Shown one piece after another: positions 1 to 14,759 of a stretch of 64,000 nucleotides of DNA. The notes under the pieces are model-generated. The model saw nothing but the letters and a program-made list of their open reading frames with translations, was not told the DNA's origin and made no database searches. How positions within the stretch are numbered: the first letter of the stretch is position 1; every line of letters starts with the position of its first letter. The stretch is from Utricularia gibba (taxonomy: Eukaryota; Plantae; Magnoliophyta): assembly GCA_002189035.1 (NCBI GenBank), contig NEEC01000013.1, positions 620,001-684,000 of the forward strand, read 5' to 3'. Position numbers and translations under genes: made by a program.

Positions 1-1989
1 CTTTCTCTCCACTTACTCCCATAAAGGTGAGGGCCTCATCAATTGAACCTTTCCAGCTCTTCAAGGTGAAGGAAGTCCAATCCATGGCTATCATTTTAGA
101 GGTCTCAAGCAGTGCAACAAGCTTTAATCCAAGACTAAGTTCATATGCACACCACCTCTATGAAATAATGACATATTCCAAAGCTTTTTTTTATATTTGG
201 CTATCTTGGCTGAAGTCTTCGACCTCTATTTTTTATTTTAATAGATTTTTTTTCAATTAACACAAAACATTCTCCATTTTGTAGATTCAAATTGTTCCCC
301 TCTTTCATCTCAAAAGAAGAAAACTCCATTTTTAATAATTTTAAAGAAAGATATTAGCGTGTTATCTAGTTAAATTTAATTTGTTTAGTAATTTTAATAG
401 AATTCGTATTTTTATGCACAAAATTAAACTAGATCTATACATTAGTATATATTCATAATGTCAACTTATTTAGTCTTCAACTTCACCTCAACTTGTCATG
501 AGCAACACTAAAAGAAGACATAACTGGGATTTCACTGAAAATAAATGGAAAAAATTTACTCATGGGATGAAGCAGTAGTATCACATATGCATATCTTGAA
601 TTAGAGTTAAAACATTGATGTCACATTACATTTTTGTATGAACTCCTTACAATTTGTAGTTGTGAGTTGTTATCAGCATTGATTTTAAAATACGAATGAA
701 CTTTAAACCTTGTAAACACCAGCCCCTTGTGTTTGGTTCCAAAATTGCTTTATATATTTTCTGTTTGATTTATATTTTATGCAAAATTGAGTTTTATAAA
801 TTTTATTTAATAAAAAATTTTAATTTTACAATAACTTTGAAAAATTTTCATTTATCAATCACCCTATTTCACTCAATACAAAGCTGCCCTTAGATATACT
901 AACCAAGCTTGGTTTCACCTGGCATCCAAGACTCATGCTCTCTTTTTCCACCAATTTTGGTGCTCACAGTCAAACCAATACTCAATACTGAGCCTTGAAC
1001 TCTCTTTAAATGAATGAAGCCCATTACACTCAATATCGACTCTTCACATTCAATCCATCCTTAGCGTCTAGTTCCATATTCAAGTATAACACTTGATACT
1101 GATAGGATCAGTTACACTTAGTATTTATCGAATGATACCTCTTCACTTTGTCAATACTCATTTTTTGTTGAAAAAGAGCATCAGAGGAGTAATAAGGTAG
1201 AAATATGTAGTGATAAGGATATGGGAGATAAGGTGGCTGATGTCTCTAAACGAGAGTGTAAAATTCATCCCATAGGCTAAGTCATCCTAACTTGAACATG
1301 GTATGGTTCAATTCATTAGAGAAATCATGGAAATCGATAAAAACTCATGAAGGAAATGATTTCAAGACATGGAAGGAATATATATACATGCATGGAAAAA
1401 TGATCCACCCGGAGGAGTGGTGCTACATGGATGAAAAGATGTTGCTTTTTAGTATTTGGAGGATACACACCATAATCACTTCTTTTTACTTCTTTATTAG
1501 GTCTTGTAATGTGCGAAACAATGTATGATGAACAATTGATTCAACTTCTCTCCCTGCATGCACATTTTTGGCTCTCTATTTTTTTCTATTAGTATCATCA
1601 CATTCATCTTTCTCATAGTTCCTCCCACTTTCCGTTCAAGCTTCCACATATTCCTATCCTCATGATCCTTCCCAATGACCACTTCCAGCAACATTAATGT
1701 GGGAAACTTCATTACAATCAAGCTCACAAGTACGAATTATCAATTATGGGGAAAAACGGTCATTGGTTTGGCTAACAACCAAGGTCTTTACAAGCACTTG
1801 ATAGGAGAGACAGTCATTAAAAGCCTTGATTCATTTCAACCAGGGAACCCATAACAAGATATATGAATGCAGGAGAAGGAGACATGGAAGCAATGGAGCC
1901 AGTGGTTGATCATTCTGACTCCTCCAGAGGCACTACCACTTCCTACTCCAAGAATCTGTCCATAATTTTAACTCCCCAACACACAAACA

Positions 1990-3790
1990 TTTTCCTTATC
2001 GTGTGAGGCATCACCACCATCATGATTCGAGCCACTTTTAGAAGGTCAAGATCTGTCTATTCCTCTAAAATAATCTTAAGAATTTACAAAATGGTGCACA
2101 TCCGATGGCCTCCTTCAAAGTTGGATTGTTGGTATGTTCTCTAACGAAACATGGCCATTGATTATTGTCTGTGAAACACTAATAGCAATTTGGTCAGCTC
2201 TTAAGGATGCATATGCCAAAAAATCTGAGCGTCTTTATGCACTTTTCTATGAGCTCACCCAAAGTCACAAGAGTCTATATCAGAATCTTGATGAGTATTT
2301 AATCTGCTTCAAGATCATCTGTGACAACCTTACAGAAATTGATGACACCATTCCAGATGTAGAGAAGGTCTACTACCTTTTAACAAGTCTAGGTTCAGGT
2401 TACGATGGCTTCTCTACCATCATGTTGAAGGAACCACAGCCTACTTACAAGGATTTGATTCCACAATTACGAAGGTTTGAGATGAGAAGAAAAATCAATG
2501 CATGTGGAGAAAAAATTTCCTTAGTAAACACATCCCTGGTGTAAAATCAACTAGGCTCACATCAGATGGAAGAGGCATCCAAGCCCATGATGCCAAGACA
2601 ACCCACAACAACCACAAGCATGGTCCTATGGTCGACAAGGCCGTGGACCACACCCAAGAAAATGAAGAATGACTCCAACTGAAAGAGAGCAAGGCATATT
2701 GCAAAAATATATTGAAAACTTCCCAACCCACAAACCAAGACTCGAGAGGCACAATCCCGCAAGTATTGGCCTCAATAACTCTTGACAATACTCTATATGA
2801 CATTGAGTGGATAGCTTATATGGGAGCCACCAACCATATGGCAAGTATCTCACTGTTGGGCTGGAAACTGCCTCCCTGTCTAAACGAGCCACAAAATGTT
2901 TTGGCCCATCCCAAATCCACCTTTAGTTCATGTGAGGGAGCTCAAATTCATCAAGACTATAAATGGGCATTTTGGATTGACCATTGCGTCAGTTTTTCCT
3001 CTTCGCAAAATAAAAAAGGAACACCTTGCAAGCTTTTATAAATTGGAGTCTTTGATTGGTTGCCAAGGCATGTTCCATCAGGGTGTCCCTACAATCGGTG
3101 ATTGCAAAAGGCAAAAAGGAGATTCCTTGTAGGAGTTCAAGCGATTATTGCTGCTTTGCTGTCTCCTAGTGTGCAGGGAGAAGTTTGGCCAGTTTTGAGC
3201 CTATTTCTTGGAGGTGTCTTGATCTTGTATCACAAGAACTTGGTGATTAGTGAAAAGTTATTCAATCTAGTGTGATTAGCACCCGTGGTTTTTACCGGTT
3301 TGATTTTCTCTGCGTTCTTATCATGTTCTTCCATTTTGCCTTTTGTTTGATTTTCTCTGCATTCACGCTGCTCCCATTGAAGTGGAAAACTACCACGAAT
3401 TATACAACATCACATGTCTTTAAAAACTTAACTCCATATACAAGTACTGACGATGTCAAGATTGAAGATGGATCAGCTCTACCTATTGTTGGTATCAAAA
3501 CATCTTTTCAACAAAATAATTCTACTCTTCCATTTCATGATGTGCTATACGTGCATAAACTCACTAAGAAACTCCTTTTCGTTTCACAACTTACTACTCA
3601 ATAGAAAGTTAATTGTAAGATTTACTAACACTAGTTTGTTTGTGAAGGATCATTCAACAGGGCAACATCATCGAGTAATCGGCCAATGTAGGGAAGGCCT
3701 TTATGTGATCAAACAATCCATTGAATCCTTTTTTTTTTCGCTTTAAGTCATGCCCCTCTTAGATATGGCATCAATGGTTATGCTATCCCA
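1990..3790 (+). mobile_element. Degenerate Ty1/Copia gag-protease relic, interrupted by a ~0.55 kb unrelated segment (~2845-3390)
   Basis: ORF 2134-2544 resembles the Copia gag UBN2 domain (IWSALKDAY...YLICFKIICDNL...YLLTSLGSGYDGF). 2790-2840 gives WIAYMGATNHM (degenerate protease WIxDSGATxHM). From ~3400: VKIEDGSALPIVG...DVLYVHKLTKKLLFVSQL...FVKD...GQCREGLY. Stops and frameshifts throughout. Confidence 0.8.
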
Positions 3791-4392
3791 AGATTCCATG
3801 GTGTCTTTTTTAAAAAATAAAGATTATTGGATTTATGTTGTTGCAAATGAAAACTTGCTCTTTTTTTGTACCTTTTTAAAAATAAGAATTTTTATTTGAT
3901 TTAAATATTTTTTCAAATACAAAATTATTCTAAACAGATTCTAACTTCATATATTCTAAGTGTTGCTATCAGCTCTTGTCAAAAATCCTTATAATTTTTT
4001 CATTTCAATACTATTGATTTTGGTGGCTGGAAAAATTGTTTTTTTTTTAAAAAAAAAAACAACCCAAGATATTCTTGTATTAGGTTACGCATAGAATGAC
4101 AGAAGGGATATCCTCCTATCACCCCTTGATTTGTTCCAGTGTGCGCCGGCCCATTTCAAGCCCAACGGCTCATCACGTCCAGTTTGCTTATTGACAAACT
4201 TGGGATAATTTTATTTTAAAGTGAGGAGCAAACCTGTTAAAGACACTTGCCTTGGATGTGGCAGTCCCAAATTCGAAATGACAGACGAACATTTCTGCAA
4301 CACTCCCTTACAACAGCACAGCAATAACACGAACTTGAGAAACAAGGATGTGACAGAAAAACAAGGATAACCTGCAAATCTCTTCTTCTGCT

Positions 4393-4899
4393 TCATGGCC
4401 AGTTGAAATTTTCTGCGTTTTTCAGCTGCTGGCCATTGAAATTCCCAAGTCCGGCGACGTCCCCGTTATCCGTGAAACGTGTCTCACCCTCCATTCCTTC
4501 CATTTGGGCGGGGATCCTGTTACCGGCGCCGCATCCACCGGCTCTCATTCCCTGTGCCTCCATTGCTAAAGGGTATCTGCCGTCGGTGTCCTTTTCAACG
4601 TTGTAGTAGTTGTTGGTCTGCTCTTCTGGGCTTTCATTCAATGCGTCTTGTTCCTCTCCCGAGCCGTAGCTCTCGGGAATCTTGGCTTCCGCGGAGGAGA
4701 GGCCGTATGCGTCGTCGTTTTGGGGGAGGAAACTCGGCTCCTTCATGTTGTCATCTTCGTCTGTGAGAATGACTTCCTTGTTGATGGAGCCTGGTGTTTT
4801 ACTGAAGAAATGGCTTTCTCTCGAATCGGCTACGAGAATCTGGGAGGCGAACAGAACAAGGAGAAACAGAGACGAGATGTTGCGAAATGTGAGCGCCAT
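4393..4899 (-). CDS. Protein E6-like secreted acidic protein, single exon, 168 aa
   Basis: Hydrophobic signal peptide followed by SRESHFFSK (E6-family ARESxFFSK-type motif), acidic Asn/Tyr-containing middle, C-terminal EGMEGETRFTDNG resembling the E6 QGMSDTRFxENG motif. TATATATAA-like box ~55 bp upstream (~4953-4961). Confidence 0.8.
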   Translation of the reverse strand: MALTFRNISSLFLLVLFASQILVADSRESHFFSKTPGSINKEVILTDEDDNMKEPSFLPQNDDAYGLSSAEAKIPESYGSGEEQDALNESPEEQTNNYYNVEKDTDGRYPLAMEAQGMRAGGCGAGNRIPAQMEGMEGETRFTDNGDVAGLGNFNGQQLKNAENFNWP

Positions 4900-7479
4900 G
4901 GCCGCGTAGAGAGAGGAGAGAACTTGCTGATGGTCACTTCAGTAGTTGGTAGATTATATATACAGCAGAGGGAGCATGAAGGCCCCCGCTAGTTGTCTCC
5001 ATTATTAATATTAAACCTATTTATTATTATTATTATTACTAATGTAATAACACTTGAGGACAGAAAACTTAAAAGGGCTACATACCCAAGGAATTCATTT
5101 TTTATTAATCTTCTTATGGGAAAAAAAAAAAGTTAACAGATTTTTTATAAAACATTTATAATAATAATAAAAAAAATCTCAATCATTTAATTTAAAAGGA
5201 TGAAATGTTGATGCCAATTATACCCTGATGAGGGACCAAAACTGTTAATGAACCAAGAGGGGGGGCGTGGGTGAAAAAGTAAAAACACGAGGCATTATGG
5301 GTATGAAATAATGTCAAGAATGAGGCCTTTCAATTACCGACATAGCACTTATTTCTAAGTAACTATTTTCACATTATTATGTGCAAAAATAAATAGAATT
5401 ACACCCTCACATCATTAGTGTGCTAATTATTATTAATTCCTAATACTAGCTTAGCTTAGATCCCATTATTGAGATCTTGTTGGAATCGTCTAGAAGATGC
5501 CAACAAGACCACGGGGACAACACAATCAAGTTAAAAGGACAATGGATGTGTTACGAAACTGTGAGTTTTACACACAAAAAAGACTCCTCCGATGAATAAT
5601 TAAGGAAAGTGCTGTCTCCAAGAAACTACAATTAAAATGATTTTCAAAATCTTCAATCGTACACCTAAGGTTTGGAGGCTATGCTGCCAAAGTAGCCTAT
5701 GCAAAATAGCTCCATTGAGTAAATATTTGCATTATAACTACATTTCTTTAAAAAACCATTATTATTTATTTATTATATATGTCAGTTGATATATAAAATC
5801 ATATTTCATGAATATAGTTCTGAATAATTATTTAAATACATGTATTTAGATTTATATTTGAATAATATGTTCAATAATTAATTACTTTTATTGTGTGAAA
5901 TATGGGCTCATATAATATAAATAATAAGTAGCTATTTGGTAAATAAATATAGAAAATAATGCTATTTGACTAATATATTTTTTGGATATAGTTATTCTAC
6001 TAATTTCCCCAATTTGGAAGCAATTTATATGAACATGAAGGAACAGCATGAGGTGTTGTAGGAAGTTCCTTTAATGGTTCGACTTTCTTCTTTGCAGTAA
6101 GAAGCCACAAGAATGCATAAACTAGGACTCATGTTTAAAGGTCCCATGAATACCAAGCATGCAAGATTTTTAAGATTGTCTAAGGTCTCAAGAGGTGTCT
6201 CTCTTCGGGTCTTTCTTTCTTAACAAGGGTTTCCCTTGAAGAAGTAGCATATTGTATGAAATTGATATGAATTATTCTACAATCTATCAACTATCTTTTT
6301 TTCTAAAATCAGAAAAGTTTTGAGCAACATCATTTTCAATGCTTGGTGCACCTATCAATGCTGTGTTTTGAGAAAAGTTTCAAGGATGGATTTGGCTTAA
6401 GATTAGCCCTAAGCATTTGGTAATTACAGAAAGTTACAAAAATCAATTACTGGAACTGAAAAATTTTTACTACCACTTTTTGAATCATTTTGTTAGTTAG
6501 GTTTGGTATTTATTGAACCACATTTAGTAATAAAATAATATTACTGAATTTAAAAGCTTGCTAATAAGAAAATCTGAAAAAGAAAATGCAAATGAAATAG
6601 TTCATTTTCTCAACATTAAAGGAGTTTCTCAACTATAACAACGAAAAAATCACCTATTATATAATTATTATTTCAAAGAAAAAAAACTTGATAAAACAAA
6701 AAATGCAAAACTAGGATGAAAATCATAGAATGGATCTAATGTCCCTGGATAGTGTTTGTTGACTCTCCAAAGATTGTAGATGTTCACTAAAAAAATAATA
6801 GATAAAAATATACAATATTTGAAGTTATATTGCAGTAGCATATGCAGAAGATCAAGCACGACATGTAGCTGGTCTTAGTGTGTTGGACATGTACTTCTCT
6901 AAGCTAGATGGGACAGCTAGGCTAAAACGTGTAGACATGGTAATTATCCACATTTGTAGCAATTGAAGCTCTATAGATAAAGATTGTATATAGCTTAGGG
7001 GAAAGGAATGGGGAGAGAATTCTATCTATTCCTCAAGAGTGCAGAGATTGTAAGAGTCATTGGGTATGTAGCTCTAAAGGAGTGGTATGTATAAGTGCAT
7101 AAATGTTTTGCTGATTTCTTCTTTGTATTCTTGAAATGATATAGTTAATTCTCAAATTTTGGGGTAAACCCTATTCTAAAAGGTTTTTTATTCAGGTTTT
7201 TTGTGAAAACTATATCAATGGAAAACGATTATTGTATTGTTTTTATTTTCAAATTTGCAAAAAGTAGAATAACTTGGATGTTGTGTTCTTTAATATTGGA
7301 GGGCCAATAAATGTGGCCATTGCAAGTGATATGCACTATTACATAACGTTTATTGATAATGCTATTTGAATGTCATGAATGTATTTAGTAAAGAAAAAGT
7401 CACACATCTTTGTGTGATTCAAGATATTTCATAAGTTGGTAGAAAGGGAATTTGGTTTGAAGCTAAAGTGTCACTAGAT

Positions 7480-8820
7480 TGAGGATTTTGTTATGCTCAT
7501 TTTGTACATGCTACTACATTTATTGAATAAACACCAATCTACAAAGTTTGATATGAAGGATTTGGGCATAATTAAGATGATTGTGATATTAATATTGAAA
7601 GACAATAAAAAAATGTACATTGAATAAGGCCAACTGTGCTGTACCCATTGTCATCAAGAATTTTCAAACTATAAGAGTGTAAGTTAGTATTTGATTCAAT
7701 GAGTCTCTCAATCAACCTATCTCCATTTTTTTGTCTCAAGCATGATGAAGATAGACTAGGGATGCAAGATCAACCTTTCTCATCATTGATCAGGTTTTTT
7801 ATGTACCTCATGGTCTGCACCACACTTGATGTTGCATACTATGTCAACTGCATTAATCAATACATGTCCAACACAAGTTTGATGCAATGGGAGTCAGTGA
7901 AATGATTACTATGGCATTTAAAGAGCACAATTGAGATAAAACATATGTTATAGGTCCAACAGCCATGCTCCTTCTATATATGATGATTTGGATTTAACAA
8001 AAGATGCGGATACCAACAGTTATATCACAAGTGTAATCTCCATGATAGTAAAAGCAAGGGTTGAAGGGATATCGAGTATGCAAAAATGGATTGCTCTTTT
8101 ATCCATAGAGGTAGTGTCTATATCATTTCTAAAGCAACAATAGAGGTATTGTGATTGGAACTAGGTAGTGATCACAAAATGTCTGCCATCCTTGCCCAAG
8201 AAAGATTAATGTCTCCATTGCTTTGATCATTTGGTCATTGTAAACTCTAACCACAACTTTGTATTCCTCCCCCTCTTTACTTTTATCATATCAATATATC
8301 ATCATATGATCTTCTAGAGCTTGGCGTGTTTTGAATGCTTTCTCAAATTGTCTACACTTATATATCTTTTTCAAGACATAAACACATCTACGTGAAGGGT
8401 ACAAGGAACTTCTAGTACTCTATGCATTTTGATATTATGTGTCTGAGTCGATGATTGTTGGGAGACAATTCTATCGATATTCTCCTCCATGTATTCTCAT
8501 TACTTGTTGTGATTGTAAAAACCCTCTAACTATTGTATATGAAAATATATAATACTACATCTGACATATCATATATTTTTTTCCTTAATAAATTTATGAT
8601 AGAAAAAATAAAATATATACACAATGTTCATATATTTTATATTATTATGTATAAATATTTATATTTTATTTAAAATAATCCATCCACTTTAGAATCTCAA
8701 ATAATTTATTAATTAAAATGAATAAAATAATTTCAATAAGAAACATAATATGATGTTAAAAAATTAGAAAATAAATATATTTTTTTAGACTTAGCAAAGG
8801 AAATAAAGAAATACAAAAAC
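7480..8820 (+). mobile_element. Degenerate Copia RT/RNaseH relic, copy A
   Basis: Encodes remnants of KFDMKDLG and later RT/RNaseH sequence. Colinear with 11138-12560 by eye, including the AT-rich tail. Confidence 0.7.
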
Positions 8821-11137
8821 TAATTTTAATAAGGAACATAATATGAAATATATTTTTTAGTGATAAAAATTGCTTAAAAAAATTTTCAATTGGGAACATG
8901 AAGCCCAAGGGAAGGTGAACATTGAACAACCATGCATCTCATCACTCAAAAATAAAACATGCGAACATTAGGTAACATTGGATCAGTGAAAATATGAAAC
9001 AAGAAAAGTCGAGATTGCTAAAAATGATCATTGATATTAATATTATATATATGATGACAAACATCTTAACTTCTTCTTGGTATTCAAAGTTGATGAAGAA
9101 GTTTGGACTTATCCTGAAGGAGTAATAAGAGGATCATTTCTAGTTAGGAGGAGAGATTGTAGAAGAAAAATCAACATCTATAAGTTGATCTTACTAGGTT
9201 GAGCGTTTCATCTTTGGAGTGGAAGTAATTACTGTGACATGAAATTCAAATATGGTAGTTTCCTACATTTATAAAACTTGAAACTCCACACATAAAGACA
9301 ATATACATCATGGGAGAAAGGAAGCGAGAGAGAGTTCTAGAACAAAGAGTGTAAGAGTAATTGTATAGCTATGCAGTAGTAGTATGCATAACTATGAAAG
9401 TATTGTACTTATCTCTCATTTATATTCTTAAAGTGATATAGTGAATTCTCATAACTTAGGGTAAACCATAATTGTTTTAAGTGGTTCAATTCCTCAACAT
9501 TTATATGTTACTCATTTTTTAGTCTTAATGTGTACAAGTGAGATGCACAAGTGGTATAATAAAACGAAATAATTAGATATTGTTAAGTGTCATTTTCTCA
9601 TTATTTTTTAGGTCATTTTTATATCTAAATGCGATAAAAGTTGTTTAGTTAAGAATTTATAATATAAGGTTTAGGTTTTATCTAAATTATGGTAATTATC
9701 CTAAATCATGTATTTTATCTAATATTTTTACTAATTTTGTTTAAGTTTTATTAAGGGTGAACACATAGCAAGACGTGGGAAAAAAAGAGTATTCTTTTTA
9801 ATTAAGCTTCATTGTTTACGTTAATTTCATTGTTTATTTACAATCCCCTTATTCAATCTTTATCAATCACATTTATTGCACTCTTTATTTTATAAACCCA
9901 TTTACAAATTGTGCTAGTTGTATTCGGTGTAACTTCACTTTTCACTTGAAAAATAACTCCTTATGTTCGATATTTGTACTATGCATTTTGTGTTTTATAA
10001 CTTTTAAAAATCCTTAAAATTTATTATGAAAATGGCACACATTAGACATTAAAGGTAATTATGCTAGAACAGGAGTTGCTATCTAAATACTATAATGAGT
10101 ATCTTTTCAGACAATATGGTACTACAGTCTTTTGATTGTTTAGTAACATTAACACATTTATACACCACCATGTTATAGCCTATAGTATACATTATGAAAA
10201 ATTCACAATCAATTATTTAATATTAGATCTTTCATATATTAGTAGTCATGTATACATATCATACAAATAACATAAAATGTGACAACACAAAATAATAATT
10301 TCTCTTCAACTAAAATAGTAATGACCAAATTGAAAAAGTATGCATTACATCACAAGAAAATAACACCTTTGTCTCCTAAAGTTCAAAATCATAATATATG
10401 TAACATCAAAGTACCTAAAACAAATAGTAAAAAAGATAAAAAAATGTGATAGAAAATAAATAGAACATAAATATGAATTAGCATATGAAGGTGTTTTCAT
10501 CATATCTATAATATAAAAAAAAACACAATTTCATATTATATAATAAATAATATAAAATACAAAATATAAAATTTTAATTAGTATTTCCTTTATCTGTTTG
10601 TTAATCCACCAAAATATTCTCCTTAATATTATTGATAGGTTTTTATTAAATCCAGTTTTAGTAGCAACTCCATATTAGCAATGTATTTCAATTTAATGAT
10701 CTCACCTCCAATATTAAATGATGATTCCAATTAAACCATGGATATAGGAATCATAACATAAAAACATTGCATGCAAGTTTTCATAAAATTTGATATATGG
10801 GAATATGAAATTTATAACATGATAAAATAAATCAATCTCTTATACAAAAGGTTTTTTACAAAGGTAATTATCTAATTCAAATATATCTTCATCTTTTATT
10901 TCAAATATAATCTTGAGTTATTACTCAAATAACTCTTCTAGTTTTTCTATCTTTTTCAATTTGAAATCTACTATTTTTATCCCTTCTTACTATATCTTGA
11001 GTATGATATTCAGTTATTATTTTTATAATTTTCCTATTTGCTCTATCTTTTTCAACCTTAGATCCACCATTTTCATTCTTTGCTATTATATTGTGGCTAT
11101 TAGAGAGAGCCAAACCAAAATTCACAAATAGTTTATT

Positions 11138-12560
11138 GAGGATTTCATTATGCTCTTTTTGTATATTGATGACATATTGCTCACAACACACTACTAAATG
11201 TTGAAGAAACATCTATTAGCAAAGTTTGAAATGAAGGATTTGGGAAAAGCTAAAATGATTATGAGTATTGATATTGAGAGAAAATAGGAAAAATGTATGT
11301 TGAGTCAGGCCAAATGTGTTATACCTATTATGTCATCAAGAAGTTTGGAATGATAAGAGTGTAAAATAGTATCCGATCCAATGAGTCTCTCGATCAAACT
11401 ATTTGCAATTTTTTGTCTCAAGCATAATGAAGTTAGACTAGCAATTCAAGACTAACCTTTTTCATCGTTGGCTGGGTCTTTGATGTGTCTCATGATCTGC
11501 ACCAAACTTGACATTACATACTTCATCAACTGAATATTAGTCAATATATGTTCAATATGGGTTCGATGCAATCAAAGTTAGTAAAATGATTACTATGGTA
11601 TTTGAAGGGTACAACTGAGGTAAACATATGTTATGAGTCCAACATTCATACTACTTTTGTATATGTTGATTCGGATTTCACAAAGATGTGGATACCAATA
11701 CGTATATCAAAGGTGTAATCTACATTATCGGGAGAGCAAGGGTTGAATGGATGTCGAGTATGCAAAAATGGATAGCTCTTTCATCCATAGAGGTAGTGTT
11801 TATGTCATATATGAAGCAACAACAAAGGTCTTGTGATTGGACAGATTTCTAAAGGAAAGGATTTGAAAATCTAAGTGGTCACAAAATGTAATTCTTTTGT
11901 ACAATCAGAGTATCATAGCATTAAGTTCCCATGTAAGTCATCACTCAAGAACGAAACATGTTTGCCATCCTCGCCCAAGAAAGACTAACATCTTCATTGC
12001 TTTGATCATTTGGTCAACCCCATCTTTGGATTCCACCCTCTCGTTAACTTTATCATATCAATGTCTCGTCATATGACCTCCTTAAGTTTGATGCATTTTG
12101 AATATTTTCTCGTATTGTCTAAACTTGTGAATCTTTATCAGGGCATTAAAACTATCTTCATGAAGGGTACGAGAAACTTCTAATGCTCTCTCCATTTCGA
12201 TATCATGTGTTCAAGCCAATGATCATCGGAAGGCAAACTTCTCGTTATTCTCCTCCATGTATTTTCTCTATTTTCCATAATTATAAAAACCCTCCAACTA
12301 TTGTTGATGAAAATATCTAATGTCTTATATATGACGTATCATATATTTCTTTTCTTAATCATTTTTTATAGAAAAAACATTGATATATATGCAAAATGAT
12401 CAAATATTTTATATTATTATGTATAAATACTTTTATTTTGTTTAAGATAATACACCTATTTTTGAATCTCAAACAATTTATTAATTAAAATTATATGATA
12501 ATAAAATATTAGAAACAAATTCATTTTTTAGTATGAGTAAAGGAATTAGATAAGTCCAAA
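11138..12560 (+). mobile_element. Degenerate Copia RT/RNaseH relic, copy B
   Basis: Translates to DFIMLFLYIDDILL (RT YxDD motif) then LLAKFEMKDLGKAKMIMSIDIER. Colinear with 7480-8820. Confidence 0.8.
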
Positions 12561-14759
12561 CATTTTTTCGCATTATATTATTATCTAAACTAACAATAAA
12601 AATATACTTAACATACATGTAGCTGATATTTTGATTAGAAGTCTATGTATTTATTTTTTCAAACAAAATACATAGATCTAATTTCTTGAAAAACTTTTAT
12701 GACTCAGTTTTTTTATCCATTCATAAATATAAACTATTTCTCACAATAGTAAATATTGACATAATAGAAAAACGTCAATACAGAATAGTCATGAAAGTTC
12801 AAAATCCTTCATTCTCAACAATTTGAATCTCAAATGATTAATAATAATCAAGTTTCTCAAAACATTTCTAGCAACATTTTAGTTTAATTTCATCTAACAA
12901 ATCCGTGACAATTTATAATAAGTTAACATAAAACCCAATTTTCTATGATCTACATTCATACTATATTTAATTATGTTTTATGTTTTTATAATTAAAATTT
13001 ATTAAGTAAATAACACCCAACATTTCTGAAAGCATTTCTAGCAACATTTTGGTTTAATTTGTTAGCATGAAAAGATAAGACTTCTACCTAATTCTCTCTC
13101 ATCATCACTATCTAATTTTTTGGTGTTGGTATTTGCATATTGTTCTTTGTTATTTGGATGCAAAATTGCATATTCTCATGTGACTTCTCATTTCACAGAT
13201 TCCATTATCTTTACTATTTACCAAAATCATTGCAATGTCCATATTGTTTTCCATATTCATTTAATTTTGTTATGTGTTCCCATGTCAAATATCTTGATTG
13301 TATTTTTTCTTTTCCAATTGACGTGTTCCATTTTTTTGTTGATTCGTTTCATCACCACCCATTGAGTCAACTATTTCTCTTTGTAAATTAGCTTCTGCTC
13401 ACTTAATTCAACTTTGTTCATATGAATATCAATATCTTTACCTAAATTTGGGTATTTTGTTCCAGAATTCATTGTTTTTAATTTAATGTTACCACTCAAA
13501 AAAATTATGTCCATAAAGAAAAAAAACACAAGACATATAGAAAACCATTTTTAAACTAAGAATGTCCACAAAAGAAAACTATTTTATATGAAAATAGATT
13601 CATAAATAAACAACTTTATAGTTGAACGTATGTGCAAATTTGTAGCATAACTTACAGTAAAATCAAAAATAAAAAAGTAAGCTTGCGCAGCTGTAGATAG
13701 ATTAACATTCAAGCTTTCCCACACTTTCTCTTTCAAAACAATCACGATTTTAAACAAAATGTAATTTAAAAAAGAACACCTTTCATGATAATTTGACATC
13801 CAAAATTCTGAATCAGAAACTTAACAAAAATTGCATAACTAATGCACAAAAATGAGTCGATATCGATCAAGGAGATCCAAAAATCTCAACTTTAATTTAC
13901 TTGAAGAAATTTCTGGCTTCATACCCTTCAAATCTTGACATTGTTTCCAACATAAAAATTCTTATTCACATAACCAAAACTCGGACAATGGGCTTGTCAA
14001 ATTCCGACTTTCATGTTGTTTCTTAATCCCCCACAGTGAGCCTATCGGCTAGGGAAGTGCACCACAGTACAACAAGCACATCAGGGAACAGGCGAGGTTT
14101 TAAAAAATTAATTCAAACATCTATGGATATTAATTTGTAACTTATTGTACCATGTCCATTCTCGAAATTCTTAAAAAAAAATACCAATTACCAATAATAC
14201 TACTCAATAATATCAATGATCATTATATATTGAGCAGTGGTCACCCCTACCGGCTGAGAGTTGCCTTATATGTGCTTTCTCAAGGATCAATTATAAAAGT
14301 GGCCAAGTGTCAAAGAGTACGTGAAAAAAATAACCACTCTATGGGTAAATTTTTTATCTTAGAGTATGAAAAAAAAATAGTCATTACCACTTTTTTAGAT
14401 GACTCATTTTATCAATAATAGCACTTTGATTTCTTTCTTTACACATAATGAAATGTCAAATATTAAGTGTTGTCAAACCACTACTCTCATTTTGAAATTA
14501 ATCTAAAAATATTATTTGCATTTTGTAAAATAAGTAGTCATTTATAATGATAACGTATTCTGAAAAAAGCTTGATTTTTAATGAGAATAAGAATTTAAAA
14601 TAATTCCTTGAATTTAATTGTTTTCATGTGTGTAATTTGTCTTATAGTTGGATCCACATAATCACAACCTCATATTTCCCATAATTTTTGCTACCAGGCT
14701 AATTTTTTTCCAATTAAAGTTTAAAAAAATGTCATTATCTTCATGGTGGGATATGGGAT

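Noticed and set aside
400-1750. Possible minus-strand Copia gag/LTR relic
   Set aside because: Only weak, frameshifted resemblance to a zinc-knuckle region; boundaries and identity could not be supported.
4403-4992. Several overlapping plus-strand ORFs
   Set aside because: Antisense to the E6-like gene, which has the signal peptide, family motifs and TATA.
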